The position numbers and the translations under genes were made by a program. The notes beneath the pieces are model-generated. The model worked only from the letters and a program-made list of their open reading frames with translations, had not been told where the DNA came from and searched no databases. A DNA stretch of 64,000 nt from Chiloscyllium plagiosum. Lineage: Eukaryota. Below are positions 12,158 through 24,869 of this stretch, piece by piece (within the stretch, counting starts at the first letter, position 1; every line of letters begins with the position of its first letter). Location: positions 77,474,743-77,538,742 of the forward strand of contig NC_057719.1 of assembly GCF_004010195.1 (NCBI RefSeq), in the 5' to 3' direction.

Positions 12158-12829
12158 CAGTGGAACCTCAATTATCCGAATATCAATTATCCGAATATCG
12201 GATTATCCGAAGGAGATCTCAATGATAGAAACATCAAATACATGTTTCCAACACTGATCGCATCTTTTGCTTCCAGTGATTAAAGGTGAAGTCCACTTCC
12301 TGAAATGCTGCTGAGAGCAGTCCTGGACTGATGGGAGCCCAGGCACCGTCTCCAAATGACTGACTTCCTGCCCTTTCTCTGTAAGAAAGTGTGTGTGNNN
12401 NNNNNNNNNNNNNNNNNNNNNNNNNNNNNNNNNNNNNNNNNNNNNNNNNNNNNNNNNNNNNNNNNNNNNNNNNNNNNNNNNNNNNNNNNNNNNNNNNNNN
12501 NNNNNNNNNNNNNNNNNNNNNNNNNNGGTTTGGGTAGCAGAAAGAGGGCAGGAGGCGGATGGGAGGCAGTGTTGGACAGGGTTGGGGGCAGGCGGGGGAC
12601 GGGATGTGTTGGAAGGAGTTAAGGGCAGGGGGGGAACGGGGTTGGGGCGGGCGGGGAGGGGGCAGGGTCTCACGCGCGATATGCTGCTATCTCATCTCCT
12701 GAACGGGGAGCGGACTTAACAGAAAACTCTGAGCCCCAGAAGAAAGGCATTTAATCAATTAACCGAATAATCAATTATCCGAATGAAATAGAGTCCACCC
12801 ATCTCGCTCGGATAATCGAGGTTCCTCTG
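12158..12829. mobile_element. Tc1/mariner-superfamily (Tigger/pogo-like) MITE with TA target duplication
   Basis: 22-bp TIRs cagtggaacctcaattatccga and tcggataatcgaggttcctctg (2 mismatches). TA at 12156-12157 and 12830-12831. Other Rex1 tails in the window show the empty site. Confidence 0.9.
12398..12526. other. Assembly gap (129 N)
   Basis: Run of N between a TG repeat and a G-rich tract. Confidence 1.
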
Positions 12830-13252
12830 TATTTACTTATCTATGCTACTTAACTCTGTGATCTGCCTGTATTTCTTGCAAGACAAAGCTTTTCACTGTG
12901 CCTCGGTACATGGGACAATAAATTCAATTCAATTCAATTCAATTCCTGTTTCTAATTTAATCAATCACTTAGACTGGCCTATCCCTAAGAGCTGCTAGTC
13001 CAATCAGCTGGCCAGCAGATCAGCAGCACCAGCCATTGATAGTGATCAGCTCAGAAACTGTATCTCCAGCATGAGGGCACCTCAACTGCAAGGCACCTTT
13101 CCAGATGTATGAATATCTAAGGTCCCTGCCTTACATCACAATGCCCATAGCAATGGGAAGTAGCTATTAATTTGATCAAATAAGTGTTTCAATTGCTCAG
13201 TGGACAACTGAGCTGAGTAGTTACCCCACTGGCAATACAGCATGACTGCAGC

Positions 13253-13540
13253 TTCCCAATTTGGCTCCATCCTCTTGAACAGTTCTACCTGTCCATCTTC
13301 CTTCACACCTATCTGCTCCACCCTCTTCTCCGACCTATCACCATCACCTCCACCTTCATCTTCCTATCGCCTTCCCAGCTACCTTCCCCCCAGTCCCACC
13401 CCCCTCCCATTTATCTCTCAGCCCCCTTGGCCCATAAGCATCATTCCTGATGAAGAGCTTATACCTGAAATGTCGACTCTCCTGCTCCTCGGGTGCTACC
13501 TGACTGGCCATGCTTCTCCAGCACCACAATCTTCGACCTC
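13253..13540 (+). mobile_element. Penelope-like 3' end (family A), decayed HHR
   Basis: Similar to 1-325. cctgatgaagagcttatacctgaaatgtcg at ~13446-13475. Confidence 0.75.
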
Positions 13541-14210
13541 GATGCAAAACATTGTTGGTCTCTCTTCCCAATACCTCTCCTCATCATTGCCTTCAGTCCA
13601 TTCCAGCAAGGAGGTTCAGCCCTTAGTTCCAGAAACTTAATGTAAGTGTATCCAATTTATTGCTTTCATCAAATTAAGGGAGACAATAGGTTCTGAGAAA
13701 CAACTTGAGAAATACAAAGAATCACGTATCAACATAAGAACATGAATACGACATTTAGTACCTTGGGTCATTAAGTTAGGTCATACTTAGGCTTTATCAT
13801 AACTCCATCTATATACCCAACTTTTACATACCCTTTCCTAAGAAAAATCTGTCAAGCTGAATTTTGGAATTTTCAAGTAGGTTAACTTTGTAGGAAAATG
13901 TTCAAAATCCTTTGTATAGAGCACTTATGCACAACCATAACTCATGGGTTATGACAGGGCAATAAATGGCAGAAATACTGAATAATTACTTTAGTTCAGT
14001 ACTTACCAAGGAGACTAATGGGTTGATGTAATGTAGGAAGATGAAATTAAATCAGATATAAAAACAATTAGGATAAAAAGTAGGGAATTAATTGATAAAC
14101 TAATCAAACCTGGAGAAGATATTTTATTAAAAAGAAACAAGACCGGAGGGTTGTTAAGCAGCTGGTACAATTCCTATATCTTTAAATGGAAATAGAGCAA
14201 CTTCAATTCA

Positions 14211-14516
14211 GGGTGGCACGGTGGCTCACAGTGCCAGGGACCTGGGTTCGATTCCCGCCTCAGGCAACTGTCTGTGTAGAGTTTATACATTCTCCTTGTG
14301 TTTGCATGGGTTTCTTCTGGGTGCTTCAATTTCCTCCTACAATCCAAAGGTGTGCAGGTCAGGTGGATAGGCCATGCTAAATTGCCTATAGTGTTATGGT
14401 GCATGAGTCAGGGGGTAAATATAGGGGAATGGGTCTGGGCAGGTTATGTTTTGGAGGGTCAGTGTGGACTTATCAGGCCAAATGGCCTGTTTCCATACTG
14501 TAGGGATTCTAATCTA
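14211..14516 (+). mobile_element. HE1-type tRNA-derived SINE (small deletion in head)
   Basis: gggtggcacggtggctc..., B-box ggttcgattcc, conserved body, LINE-like tail. Confidence 0.9.
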
Positions 14517-15383
14517 TTCTTCAGAGGAGTGAAGTTCAGGTAGAATAATGTCAATAGCAGAGAAGATAATGGAAGCTTTCCTCAAAGATATTATACAAAG
14601 CATTCAGAAACCTAAAGTTTAATGAACTTTAAAAAACATAATGCTTAGTTAAACCTATTGAAATATTTGAACAAGTGACAGAAAGGGTAGATATGGGCCA
14701 TGCAGTAGATGAAATATCTATAACAAAAGGAACTCGAAAGCAGTGTGTACAAATAAAGTGAAAACACATGGAGCTAGGGCTCAAACAGTAGAAAAGATAG
14801 CACGCTGGCTAAAATACAGGAAATAATGTATACATGGGTTAAGAGGCATTAGTGAGGTGTGCAAAGGTTGGCAGTAGTGCTTTACAAGAACTGGGATCAC
14901 TGTTGTTTGTTATATAATTTAGACCCTTGATTTGATATTAAGTTTCAAAGTTTGGGCTTAACACAAAATTTGGGTCATGGTTCTAATGACGAGAACTGTG
15001 GAAATATATAAGTTTTTAATAAATTTGTAGAGTGGGGATGGTATAACTGACAAATTAATAACACTATAGATACAAGCTAGGTAGTGCATTTTGATGGGGA
15101 GTATTAGGATGCATACACACCTTGGAAGATATAGTTTACATGGGGTAGAAGCGCAAAGGGATATAGGAGGTACAGATGCACAAATGACTATAAGCAGCAA
15201 CACAAGTTAAAAATAGCAAACATGAACTAAGATTCATTTCTGGAGAGATATAATTGAAAAGTAGCGGTTCTGTTAAACTTGCAACAAATCTTGTTCAGTC
15301 TGCACCTTAGTTGTGGTCTACAATAGAAGGGAGAAGAAGCCAAAAAGATTTATAAAGGTGATACAAGAATTGAGAAGTCATAT

Positions 15384-15500
15384 CGGAGAAAGAGAGGACT
15401 GCAGACGCTGGAGATCAGAGTTGAAGATTATGGTGTTGGAAAAGCAGAGCCGGTCAGGCAGCATCTGAGGAGCAGGACAATTGATGTTTCGGGCATAAAC
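15384..15500 (-). mobile_element. Solo pLTR unit (family A), truncated inside HHR stem II, 9-bp TSD
   Basis: TSD aagtcatat at 15375-15383 and 15501-15509. Confidence 0.85.
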
Positions 15501-15609
15501 AAGTCATATGTATTGGGTAAGATCAACCAAAAACCAAGGGGTGACCTGACAGAGGACTGCATGTCTAGAAGGAGTTTGAATAGGCTGAGTGTAGAAGTAA
15601 TACTCCTGC

Positions 15610-16260
15610 TCATAATCCAGTGGATAGAGCTTCTGCCTCTGAATCTGAAGGCTGTGCATTTAAGACCCACTCCAAAGGTTTGAATGGAAAAATTTAAATT
15701 TGATTCTGTGTGTTACTGAGGAGTGCTACCTTTTAGATAAGGTGGTACTGTGGCTCAGTGGTTAGCACTGCTGCCTCACAGCACCAGGGACCTGGGCTTG
15801 ATTCCTGCCTCGGGGGACCTGTCTGTGTGGAGTTTGCACATTCTCCCCGTGTCTGCATGGGTTTCCTCCCTGTGCTCCAGTTTTCTCCCACAATCCAACG
15901 ATGTGCAGATCAGGTGCATTGGCCATGCTAAATTGTCAATAGTGATAAGTGCATTAGCCAGGGGTAAATATAGGGTAAGTGTCTGGGTGGGTTACTCTTC
16001 GGAGGGTCAGTGTGGACCTGTTGGGCTGAAGGGCCTGTTTCCATACTGTAGGAGATGTAATCTAATCTACACCTTGTCTTCTCTTTCAAGTGAATGTTAT
16101 AGATTTCATGACATGATTTAGAAGCATAATGGAGGAGATGGCTGTCTTGTCCTGTGCTGTGTTTACTAACATAGACTATCTGTGTTTTTTGTGGAAAATT
16201 ATTGTGTGCAATTTGCCTTGCTTTGTTTCCTGCGTTTGTACAGTGAATACAATTCAATAA
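15610..16260 (+). mobile_element. Old Deu-type SINE relic interrupted by an HE1 SINE
   Basis: tRNA-like head cagtggatagagcttctgcctctgaatctgaagg...cccactcca. Body resumes after 16068. Confidence 0.45.
15741..16068 (+). mobile_element. HE1-type SINE
   Basis: A-box tggctcagtgg, conserved body, (aatct)n tail. Confidence 0.92.
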
Positions 16261-16274
16261 GTACTTAAATAAAT

Positions 16275-16530
16275 ACTAAGTACTGCAGCTGCTGAAAATT
16301 TGCAACAGGAAATGCTGGAGAAACTCAGCAGGTCTGGCACATCTGTGGAGAGAGAAACATAAAATTTTGAGTGGGGCATGACTCTTCTTCAGAACTTCAG
16401 TCTCTTTTAATGAAAAAGAATCACACTGGACTTGAACAGTTAACTCTTGAACAGTTAACAGTTAGCAATTTCTCTCTCCACAGATGTTGACAGACCTGAG
16501 TCTCGGGTTCTCCAGCATTCTATGTGTTTG
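16275..16530. mobile_element. Older fold-back pLTR mini-element (family C)
   Basis: aatgctggagaaactcagcaggtctggcacatctgtggagagagaaa is inverted against tttctctctccacagatgttgacagacctg...ttctccagcatt. CTGAAGA-type HHR relic at the centre. Confidence 0.7.
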
Positions 16531-16531
16531 T

Positions 16532-16820
16532 TTGAATTGAATTGAATTTATTGTCACCTGTACCAGGGCACAGTGAAAAGCTTTGTCTTGCGAGCAATAC
16601 AGGTGGATTACAGACTTAAGTAGCATAGATAAGTAAATAATAAGTAAACAGCTGCAAAAACAAAAACACAGATACAGGCAAATGTTAAGAGTTTGTATGT
16701 CCATTCAGTATTCTAACAACAGTAGGGTAGAAACTATTTCAAAACCGGCTGGTGCTTGCGTTCAGGCTTCTGTCCCTTCTCCCTTCTCCCTTCTCCCTGA
16801 TGGGAGAGGTTGTAGAAAAG
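16532..16820 (-). mobile_element. Rex1-type 3' tail fragment
   Basis: Reverse complement matches 11990-12157 joined to 12832-12945. Confidence 0.88.
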
Positions 16821-17029
16821 TACTTAATTGATTGTAAAGTCCTTTTGGATATTCTAAGCCTGTCACAGGTGCTACATAAATGCATGTTCATAATTACTTT
16901 TTCTAACCACTCTGGCAAAATAAATCTCTGAAAATCAGATTGGAAATTTAGGAGGAGCATCATTGCATGGAGAATATGGAGCTCTCTGTAAGGAGTAGTT
17001 GGGCAAATGGCACAGAAGCATTTAAAGTG

Positions 17030-18750
17030 ACACCGCGACACGGTTGAAAGAGGGACATGATTGGCAACTTGACGTTGTGGGATATCGATGTTTTAGACGA
17101 GATAGAGGGGGAAGCAAAAGAAATAGGGGAGTTGCATTATTGGTGAGGAAAATATCACAGCTGTGTTGAGGGAGGACATCCTAAAGAGAGTTGCAGTGAG
17201 GTATGGGTAGAGCTCAGGAATAGGAAAGGTGCAATCACAATGCTGGGATTGTACTACAGACCTCCCAGCTACTGGCGGGAGATAGAGGAAGAGATACGTA
17301 GTCAAATTCTGGAAAGATATGAAAATAACAGGGTTGTTGTGGTGGGTGATTTTTAACTTACCTCATATTGACTGGTACTCTCTCAATGCCAAGCATTTGG
17401 ATGGGGAGCAATTTGGAAGGTGTGTCCAGGAGGGTTTATTTGAAACCATATGTGGATAGTCCAATGAGAAGGAAGCCATACTGAACCTAGTATTGGGAAA
17501 TGAGCCCAGCCAGCTGATCAAAGTTTCAGTAGGCAGGTATTTTGGGGATAGTGACCATTATTCCTTAAGTTTTCACATACCTATGGACAAGAACTAGAGT
17601 GGACCTTGGATGAGGTTGTTAAATTGGGAGAAAGCCATTTATAAGCTACTTAGGCAAGAATTGGAGAATGTGATTTGAGAGCAGTTTGTTGAGGGTAAAT
17701 CCACATCTGACATGTGGGAGTCTTTTAAGAGCTAGTTGATTAGAGGGCAGAACAGGGATGTTCCTGTGAAAATGAAGAAAAAGAATAGCAGGATTCAGGA
17801 ACCTAGGATGAGAGGGAAGTTTATCACCTTAGTCAAAAAGAAAAAAAAAAGCATGTCTAAGTTCTAGCCAACTAAAAACAGACAAAGTCCTTGAAGAATA
17901 TAGAGAAAGTAGGAAGGAGCTCAAATGGATAGTTTTGGGGGGATTAAATGCAGGTGTGGCCAGCAAGGTTAGGAGAATCCAAAGGCACTTTATAAAAACA
18001 TTAGCTACCCAAAAAGGGTAGCTAGGAAAAGAGTAGGTCAAGGATAAAGGAGAGAGGTTATGTGTGGAGCCAGAGAAAATGGATGAGATCCTTAATGAGT
18101 ACTTTTACATCAGTATTCAACAAAGAGAGGGACATGAGGTATATTGAGGTTAGGGAAAGATGTGTAAATACACTCTGGCAGGTCAACATAATGATAGAGG
18201 AAGTGTTGGAGATCTTGAAATACGATAAGGTGGACAGGTCCCCAGGGTCAGACAGATCTATCCCAGGATACTCTGGGAGGCAAGAGAAGAAATAGCTAGG
18301 ACCTGAAAGGTTATCTTTGCATCCTCTTTGGCCTCTGGCACCTTTAACCTTTGGCCTACAGTTCCAGAGGACTAGAGAATGGTCAGTGTTGTTTCGCTAT
18401 TTAAGAAGGGAAACAGAGATGATCCAGGCAATTATAGGTGAGTGAGTCTGACAGCAGAGGTGTGGAAGCTGTTGGAAAAGATACTGACAGACAGGATTTG
18501 TTCACCTTTTGAAGTGAATGGACTTGTTCCTGATAGGCAGCATGGGTGTGTGCGGGGAAGGTCATGTCTCACCAACTTGATTGAGTTTTTTGAGGAGATG
18601 ACAAGAATGATTGATGAGGGAAGGGCAGTGGATGGTGTCTACAAAGACTTTAGTGAGGCATTTCATAAGGCACCTCATGGCAGGCTGGTACAGAAGGTAG
18701 AGTCTCATGGGTTCCGAGTGAGCTGGCTTGGTCGTAGAAGACAGTAGCTA
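17030..18750 (+). mobile_element. CR1/HER1-like LINE ORF2 (endonuclease to RT N-half), decayed
   Basis: GLYYRPP, VVGDF, GDSDH, GRSCLTNLIEFFEE and DFSEAFHKAPH motifs. Confidence 0.9.
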
Positions 18751-18845
18751 TGGTATTGTATTATGTTATACATTGTATTGAATTAACACACAGGATCATA
18801 AAAGGAATGGTCAACTAATAGGGATTGTCAAAGAGAGGCCAAAGA

Positions 18846-19087
18846 ATTTGAATTTGAATTGAATTTATTGTCACGTGTACCGAGGCATATTGAAAAGCTC
18901 TGTCTTGCGAGCAATACAGGCGGATCCCATAATTAAGTAGCATAGATAAGTAAATAATAGGTAAACAGCAACAAAAACAAAAACACAGGTACAGGCGAAT
19001 GTTAAGAGTTTGTGAGTCCATTCAGTATACTAACAACAATAGGGTAGAAACTGTTTCAAAACAGGCTGGTGCATGTGTTCAGGCTTG
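18846..19087 (-). mobile_element. Rex1-type 3' tail fragment
   Basis: Near copy of 16532-16770. Confidence 0.88.
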
Positions 19088-20979
19088 TTTGGAGTAGAAT
19101 CATAGACGTAGAGAATTGAACCAAATTATCTGTTTCCATTCTGTATGTTATATGTAATACAATGCAGCTATAACATTGATTTCAATCTTAAGGGGCACAT
19201 ACACATTCAAGGGTTACTAAGGCAAAGGTTAGTCAAAATTCTATCACTTTAAGGTAATGTTAATTAGAAACTATAAACGCATCAAAACTAAAGACATGCA
19301 AGGCATTGAATGTGTCTGAGTGTAATTGTCAGGTTTTTTTACTTTGGGTTTCACAAGAGCTGTGCCTGTTGGATTACATTAGCTTGAAAATATTACAAAT
19401 TGCATTTTCTGTCTCTTTGAATAGTTTTGATGTTTAACGATATCAATAAAACATGCATTGTGAGTGGGTGTGCAATAATTTTCCTTGCAGTCGATAGATG
19501 GCCTGCGGACACATATAAGTGACAGCATAATTAACTGACTGGTAGTGTAGTTTATGACCTACCAGGTAATCAAGTTTACCACTGAGTGCTGAATCGCTGG
19601 AGGTAATAGACAGGGTACGTCGAGAAAAGAAATGCTACACTTTGCAAACAATTTCTGTCAGATTGCACTCATCATTTACTCGATATTGTAATTTCTGGAT
19701 AGAATCCTAATTCATCAAGTGGAATCTCGCTACATCGTGAATGAGGGTAAAGCTGCCTTCAGGCCAGGATTAACCTTAACTTAAGTTTAAACTGCTAACT
19801 TCCTATACCTCTGAAATCATTAATATGTCACATCTGTTTGAAATTCTGTGAATGAAAGGATTACATTTTGTAGAAAACAACACACAGATGGAAAACATTT
19901 AGTTTTCAGAAAAACGTTGCATATCACTGTACCTTTTTTCAGTGGTAGAAGGAAATGTAAAAAGATGGTTTGCATCAGGGTAGAGGTTTGTGCCCTGTTA
20001 AGTGTGTTTGAAGGGCAAGGAAATTCTTGGTGAAGAGGACAGTCAACATTACTACAGTCTCTGGGGTATCTAGTATATATTTATGGATCAATGAATGGTA
20101 GCTGTCAGAAAGGAAATTATAAAATGTGTAGAGTTGTGATTGACAAGCTTTTTTATTTCAGCCTTAATAGAGGGGTAATTTCATCTTTTGAAAGGCATTG
20201 GTATTTGGGACCTTCCTTGATTCCGAGGGGTGCTTGGTGAAAATTCTGCCTAATTACAGGACTATGATGAAATACATAATATGATGCTTGTAGTCCAAAG
20301 GGGTGGGGGGCATAAGACTGATGTGTACTCTCATCAGAGAGACCTCACAGCCATTTAAAAAAAAGTGAATTGTAGGGTTAAAGAATAAGGTTATAGAATG
20401 GGAATTAACATGTCAAAGCTCTCTGTATGTTGTGGGATCTTATTCAATTCTATGCAACAAATTGGAAACCCTTAGGCTTTTATATTCAGCCTAAAATATG
20501 GACCAAGTCAAACTGAGCACAGAATCAATCTACATAGTGAGCAACTAGAGATCCATTGTGAGGCAATGATGAACCAAAAAGGAGAAAAGAATCTGTCTTT
20601 GAAATTATATTGGAGCATTGGGCAAAATGTATCTTCCAGTTACATCACTTGACTAAATAATCTGATATCATTTTGAGGTTTGCATTGAATATGTTGAAGG
20701 TTGATGCATGATGTAGGAAGAACTTACAAAAGTAATAAAGCATCTTTTATCGTCGGCTTGTTGTGCCCAATGGTGAATTGAAGATATAACTCAAAATATT
20801 TCATACAAGGTGCTGTAACTGCTAAGCCGGTAAACTCAGCAATGAAATAAACAGTTACTTTTTACATTTCTGGTTGCACGGGTAGAGTGAACAATGGGGT
20901 CAGAGCATAAGAAAAGAATTCTGTTTCTTCGACAATGCATTGAGATCTTTTACATCTTCGCATTGAGGATCCCCTACAT

Positions 20980-21110
20980 TGTTCTGAGGAAGGGTCTGAA
21001 ATGTTAATTCTGACTTCTCTGCACAGATGGTGGCAGACCTGCTGAGCTTTTCCAGCAACTTCTGTTTTCATTTCTGATTTACAGCATCCTCAGTTCTTTC
21101 GATTTTTATA
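20980..21110 (+). mobile_element. pLTR fragment (family C), decayed HHR
   Basis: ttctgaggaagggtc..gaaatgttaa...cacagatggtggcagacctgctgag. Related relics at ~26075-26160(-), 35085-35205, 41940-42035, 48510-48630, 53095-53170(-) and 53758-53830. Confidence 0.6.
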
Positions 21111-21144
21111 CTCTATGTTGTGCTGGGTTGAATGGATACAAGAC

Positions 21145-22035
21145 AGTACAATACATCACAGCAACAGACCCTTTGGCCCAATAAACCTGCACTGATTCCT
21201 AATCCTTATTTAGACTCTCTATTTATTGTCTATGTACACTATCTATCCCTTTGTTCACTCACGTTCATATGCGTATCAAGATAAGCCTTAAATGTTGCTA
21301 ATGTGACTGCTTCCGCCACCTCCACTGGCGGTGCATTCCAGGCACCCACAAGCCTCTGTGTGAAAAGCTTTCTCCCCTAAACTTGCCCCTTCTCACTTTG
21401 ACGCTGTGACGCCTTGTAGGTAACCTTTCCACCCTGTGAACAAGTCTTTGATAATCCACCCTATCTATATCTCTCATAATTTTGTAGACTCTATCAGGTA
21501 ACCCCTCAGCTTCCTTCTTTCCAATGAAAATAATCTGAGTTTATCCAACCTTTCCTCATAACTAAAACCCTCCAGACCAGGCAAAATCCTGGTAAACCAA
21601 ATCTGCACTCTCTCCAAAGTATCCACATCCTCTGGTACTGTGGTGATCAGAACGACACCCAATATTCCAAATGTGGCCCAATGAAGGTTTTGTACAGCTG
21701 CAACATAACTTGCCAACTTTTATATTGTATGCCCTGGTTGATGAAGGCAAGATTACTGTCTGCCTTCTTGACCACCTTACCCACCATGTTGCCACTTTCA
21801 GGGATCTGTGGACCTGTTTGCCCAGATCACTTCGTAAGTTAGTTCTCCGAAGGGTTTTGCTCTTTATTGTATAATTCACACCTGAATTGGAGCTTCCAAA
21901 AAGACATCACCTTGTATTTGTCTGGAATAAACTCCATCTGCCATTTCTCTGCCCAAATTTGCAATCTATCTATCTATATCATGCTGTATCATTTGATAAT
22001 CCTCCTCACCATCTGCAAATTTGGTGTCACCTACA
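21145..22035 (-). mobile_element. CR1/HER1-like LINE 3' fragment
   Basis: LERVQIWFTRILPGLEGFSYEERLDKLRLFSLERRKLRG plus 3' tail. Confidence 0.88.
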
Positions 22036-22099
22036 CACTTACTAATCAGACTATCTACCATTAGGTCAAGCTGGGAATCAACCCTCATTCAATGAAGGC

Positions 22100-22680
22100 T
22101 GCAAGAGGACATACAATATTGTGCATTCCTCAAAATGAGGTGTCAACCTGATGAAGCTACACTGAAAGAACAACTCATATGCTAAAAAGCAAGAACAGCA
22201 TGGAAGAAACAAGGCTAAGCAATTCCATACCAATGGATCAGATCTAAGTTCTGAACTCTTGTCCCAGCCATGAGGAAGTGATTGTTGATAATTAAACAGC
22301 TAACAGGAGGAGGGAGCTCCATAAATATTGCCATTCTTAATAATGGAGTCCATGGCACTTAAGTGCAAAAGACAAGACTGAAGCATTTGCATTACTTTTC
22401 TGCCAGAATCACTAAGTAGATGTACGATCTTGATCTCTCCCAGAAGTCCTCAGCTTTGCAAATGTCAGCCTGACTCCACATGGTATCAAGACCTCGCTGC
22501 AGGCACTCAGCCCTAATAACATTCAGGCAATAGTACCCAAGGCTTGTGCTCCAGAGTTAGCTAAGCTGGTCCAGGACAGGTACAACACTGGCGTTTACCT
22601 GCCAAATTGAAAATTGCCCATGTATATGAAACAGGACAAATCAACATGAACAATTGCTACCCCATCAATCCACTCTCGAA
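22100..22680 (+). mobile_element. Second LINE family (CR1/L2 group), ORF2 fragment
   Basis: Homologous to 36620-36960 and 52380-53080(-). ttgaaaattgcccatgta (WKIA.V-like). Confidence 0.6.
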
Positions 22681-23799
22681 GATCATGACAGAGAAGCTAA
22701 ATAAATACGTTGAGTGGTCTTCACTGAGGAAGACAAATGAAATCTGCCTGAAGATCCAATGGTCTAGTGTTGAACTAAAAGAAATAAGAAGGTATGTAAT
22801 ATTGGAGAAATTAATGAAAAGAAAAACGGACAAATCCACAGGAACATCAGCCTAGTGCTGAAGGAGATGGCTACAGAGATTATGGATGCAGTGGTGATTA
22901 TCTTGCAAAATACTATTGATTCTGCTATGGATCTGCAGGATGTAAGGTTTCACATAAAACACCATTATTTAAGAAAGGACTGATGGGGAAAACAGGAATG
23001 TTAGCTTGATGCCTTTAGTTGGGAAAATATAAGAATTGATTATAAAGGATGTGATGATTGGATATTTAGAAAATATTTCTCTGAATGGACAGAGTGAACT
23101 TGGATTTATTAAGGGATTAACAGCTGAAAGAAGACAATCGGAACTAATGAGCCATTTTCAGGCTGGCAAGCTGAGACCAGTGGGGTACCGTAAGGATTAA
23201 TGCTTGGGCCCCAGCTGTTCACAATCTATATCTACGATTAGGATGTGGGAGACAATTGTAATAGTTCCAAGTTTGCTGATGTTACAAAGCTTGGTGCTAA
23301 ATTAAATTGTGAGGGGGATGAAAAGAGGCTTCAAGGGAATTTAGACAGGCTGAGTGAGTGGGCAGGAGCATGGTAGATGCATTTTAATGTCTATTAGGTA
23401 CAGGGTTATCCACTTTGGTAGAAGGAACTAAGTTGTCAAGTATTTTTTAAATGGCAAGAGATTAGAAAGTGTTGATGTCCAAAGGGACTTCATAAGCCAC
23501 TAAAAGCCAGCATGCAGGTGCAACAAGCAATTATTGCAAGGAATTTGACAACAGAAGCAAAGAAATCTTGTTTCGATTGCATAGAACACTGGTGAGACTG
23601 TGCCTGGAGTATTGAGTTCAGTTCGGTTTTGTTGCCAAAGGACATCGAGGGAGAGCAGTGAGGGTTCACTGATTTGTGGGATGTTCAGGCTGTCCTTTGC
23701 AGAGAGATTGAGGAAATTGAGCCTCTAATCTCTGGAGTTTTAAAGTATGAGAGGCAATCTTAAAGAACTTTAAAAATTCTCAAAGGGATAAACAAACCA

Positions 23800-24103
23800 G
23801 GGCGGCATGGTGGCTCTGTGGTTAGCACTGCTGCCTCACAGCACCAGGGTCCCAGGTTCGATTCCGGCCTCGGGCAACTGTCTGTGTGGAGTTTGCACAT
23901 TCTCCCTGTGTCTGTGTGGGTTTCCTCTGAGTGCTTCGATTTCCTCCCGCAATAGGTCAGGTGAATTGGCCATGCTAAATTGCCCATAGTGATTAGTCAG
24001 AGGGAAATTGGTCTGGGTGGTTACTCTTCGAAGGGTCGGTGTGGACTGGTTGGGCTGAAGGGCCTGTTCCCTAACTGTAGAGAATCTAATCTAATCTAAT
24101 CTA
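23800..24103 (+). mobile_element. HE1-type SINE
   Basis: gggcggcatggtggctc head, B-box ggttcgattcc, (aatct)n tail. Confidence 0.92.
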
Positions 24104-24370
24104 AAATTCTACACAGAAAGGACAGTTCCCCTGGCTGTGTCACATCTGGATTGAGGGAACATAAATCCAGAATAAAACACAAGCCATTTCTGACTGAGAT
24201 GAGGAAGGATATTGTGATTCTTTGGAATTCTGTGCCCTAGAAGTTGCTTAAGCTCAGTCTTTCAATAAGTTCAGGACAGATATTAATAGATTGCTATTTA
24301 CCAGTGACATCAAGGGATAAGGTTATAGTGCAAGAATATGGCATTGATGTCGATGATCAGCCATGCTCTG

Positions 24371-24597
24371 GTGTGGGAGTGTGTTGCTGGAAAAGTACAG
24401 CAGGTCAGGCAGTATCCGAGGAGCAGGAAAATCAACCTTCCGGGCCGGAGCCCTTCATCAGGAATGCGACTTTTCCGATAAAGGGCTCCGGCCCGAAACG
24501 TCGATTTTCCTGCTCCTCAGATGCTGCCTGACCTACTGTGCTTTTTCAGCAACACACTCTCAACTCTAATCTCCGACATCTGAAGACCTCACTGTCT
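24371..24597. mobile_element. Fold-back pLTR mini-element (family A), 10-bp TSD
   Basis: TSD ccatgctctg at 24361-24370 and 24598-24607. Both arms share the stem-II loop TCCG. Confidence 0.9.
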
Positions 24598-24869
24598 CCA
24601 TGCTCTGTTATGGTAGAGCAAGCGCAAGGGGTTGAATGGCCTACTCCTGTTTCTACATTCCCATCAGCAAAGTGATGGAAGGGGCCAATGCTATGAAGTG
24701 GCACTTGCAAAGCAATAATGTGCACACTGACACTCCGAGTCATATAGTCATACAGCATGGAAACAGGCCGTTCGGTCTAAACAGTCCATGCCGATCATGT
24801 TCCCAAACCAAGCTAGCCCCACCTGCCTGTGCTTGACCCAGAAACCTCCAAACTGCCATGGCCACCCAG

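Larger units (their letters stand above)
11075..12945 (+). mobile_element. Rex1/Babar-type non-LTR retrotransposon, RT to 3' tail
   Basis: [10 protein letters not shown]...SSAFNIIIP...[16 protein letters not shown]...TGAPQGCIL...[10 protein letters not shown]. Tail ttttcactgtgcctcggtaca..gacaataaa followed by (ttcaa)n. Interrupted by a MITE. Confidence 0.88.
13940..15590 (+). mobile_element. Highly decayed CR1 ORF2 hosting SINE and pLTR insertions
   Basis: Relics such as atggcagaaatactgaataattactttagttcagta and tttgaacaagtgacagaaagggtagat. Confidence 0.5.
22690..24660 (+). mobile_element. CR1-like LINE RT to 3' tail, hosting an HE1 SINE and a fold-back element
   Basis: SGVP*GLMLGP and KFADVTKL. 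Tail gatgatcagccatg...gaatggcctactcctg. Confidence 0.85.

Noticed and set aside
12527..12670. G-quadruplex or promoter-like G-rich tract
   Set aside because: Lies inside the MITE next to an assembly gap, with no evidence of host function.
15741..15812. tRNA genes at SINE heads
   Set aside because: A/B boxes run directly into SINE bodies and tails, so these are tRNA-derived heads and not tRNA genes.
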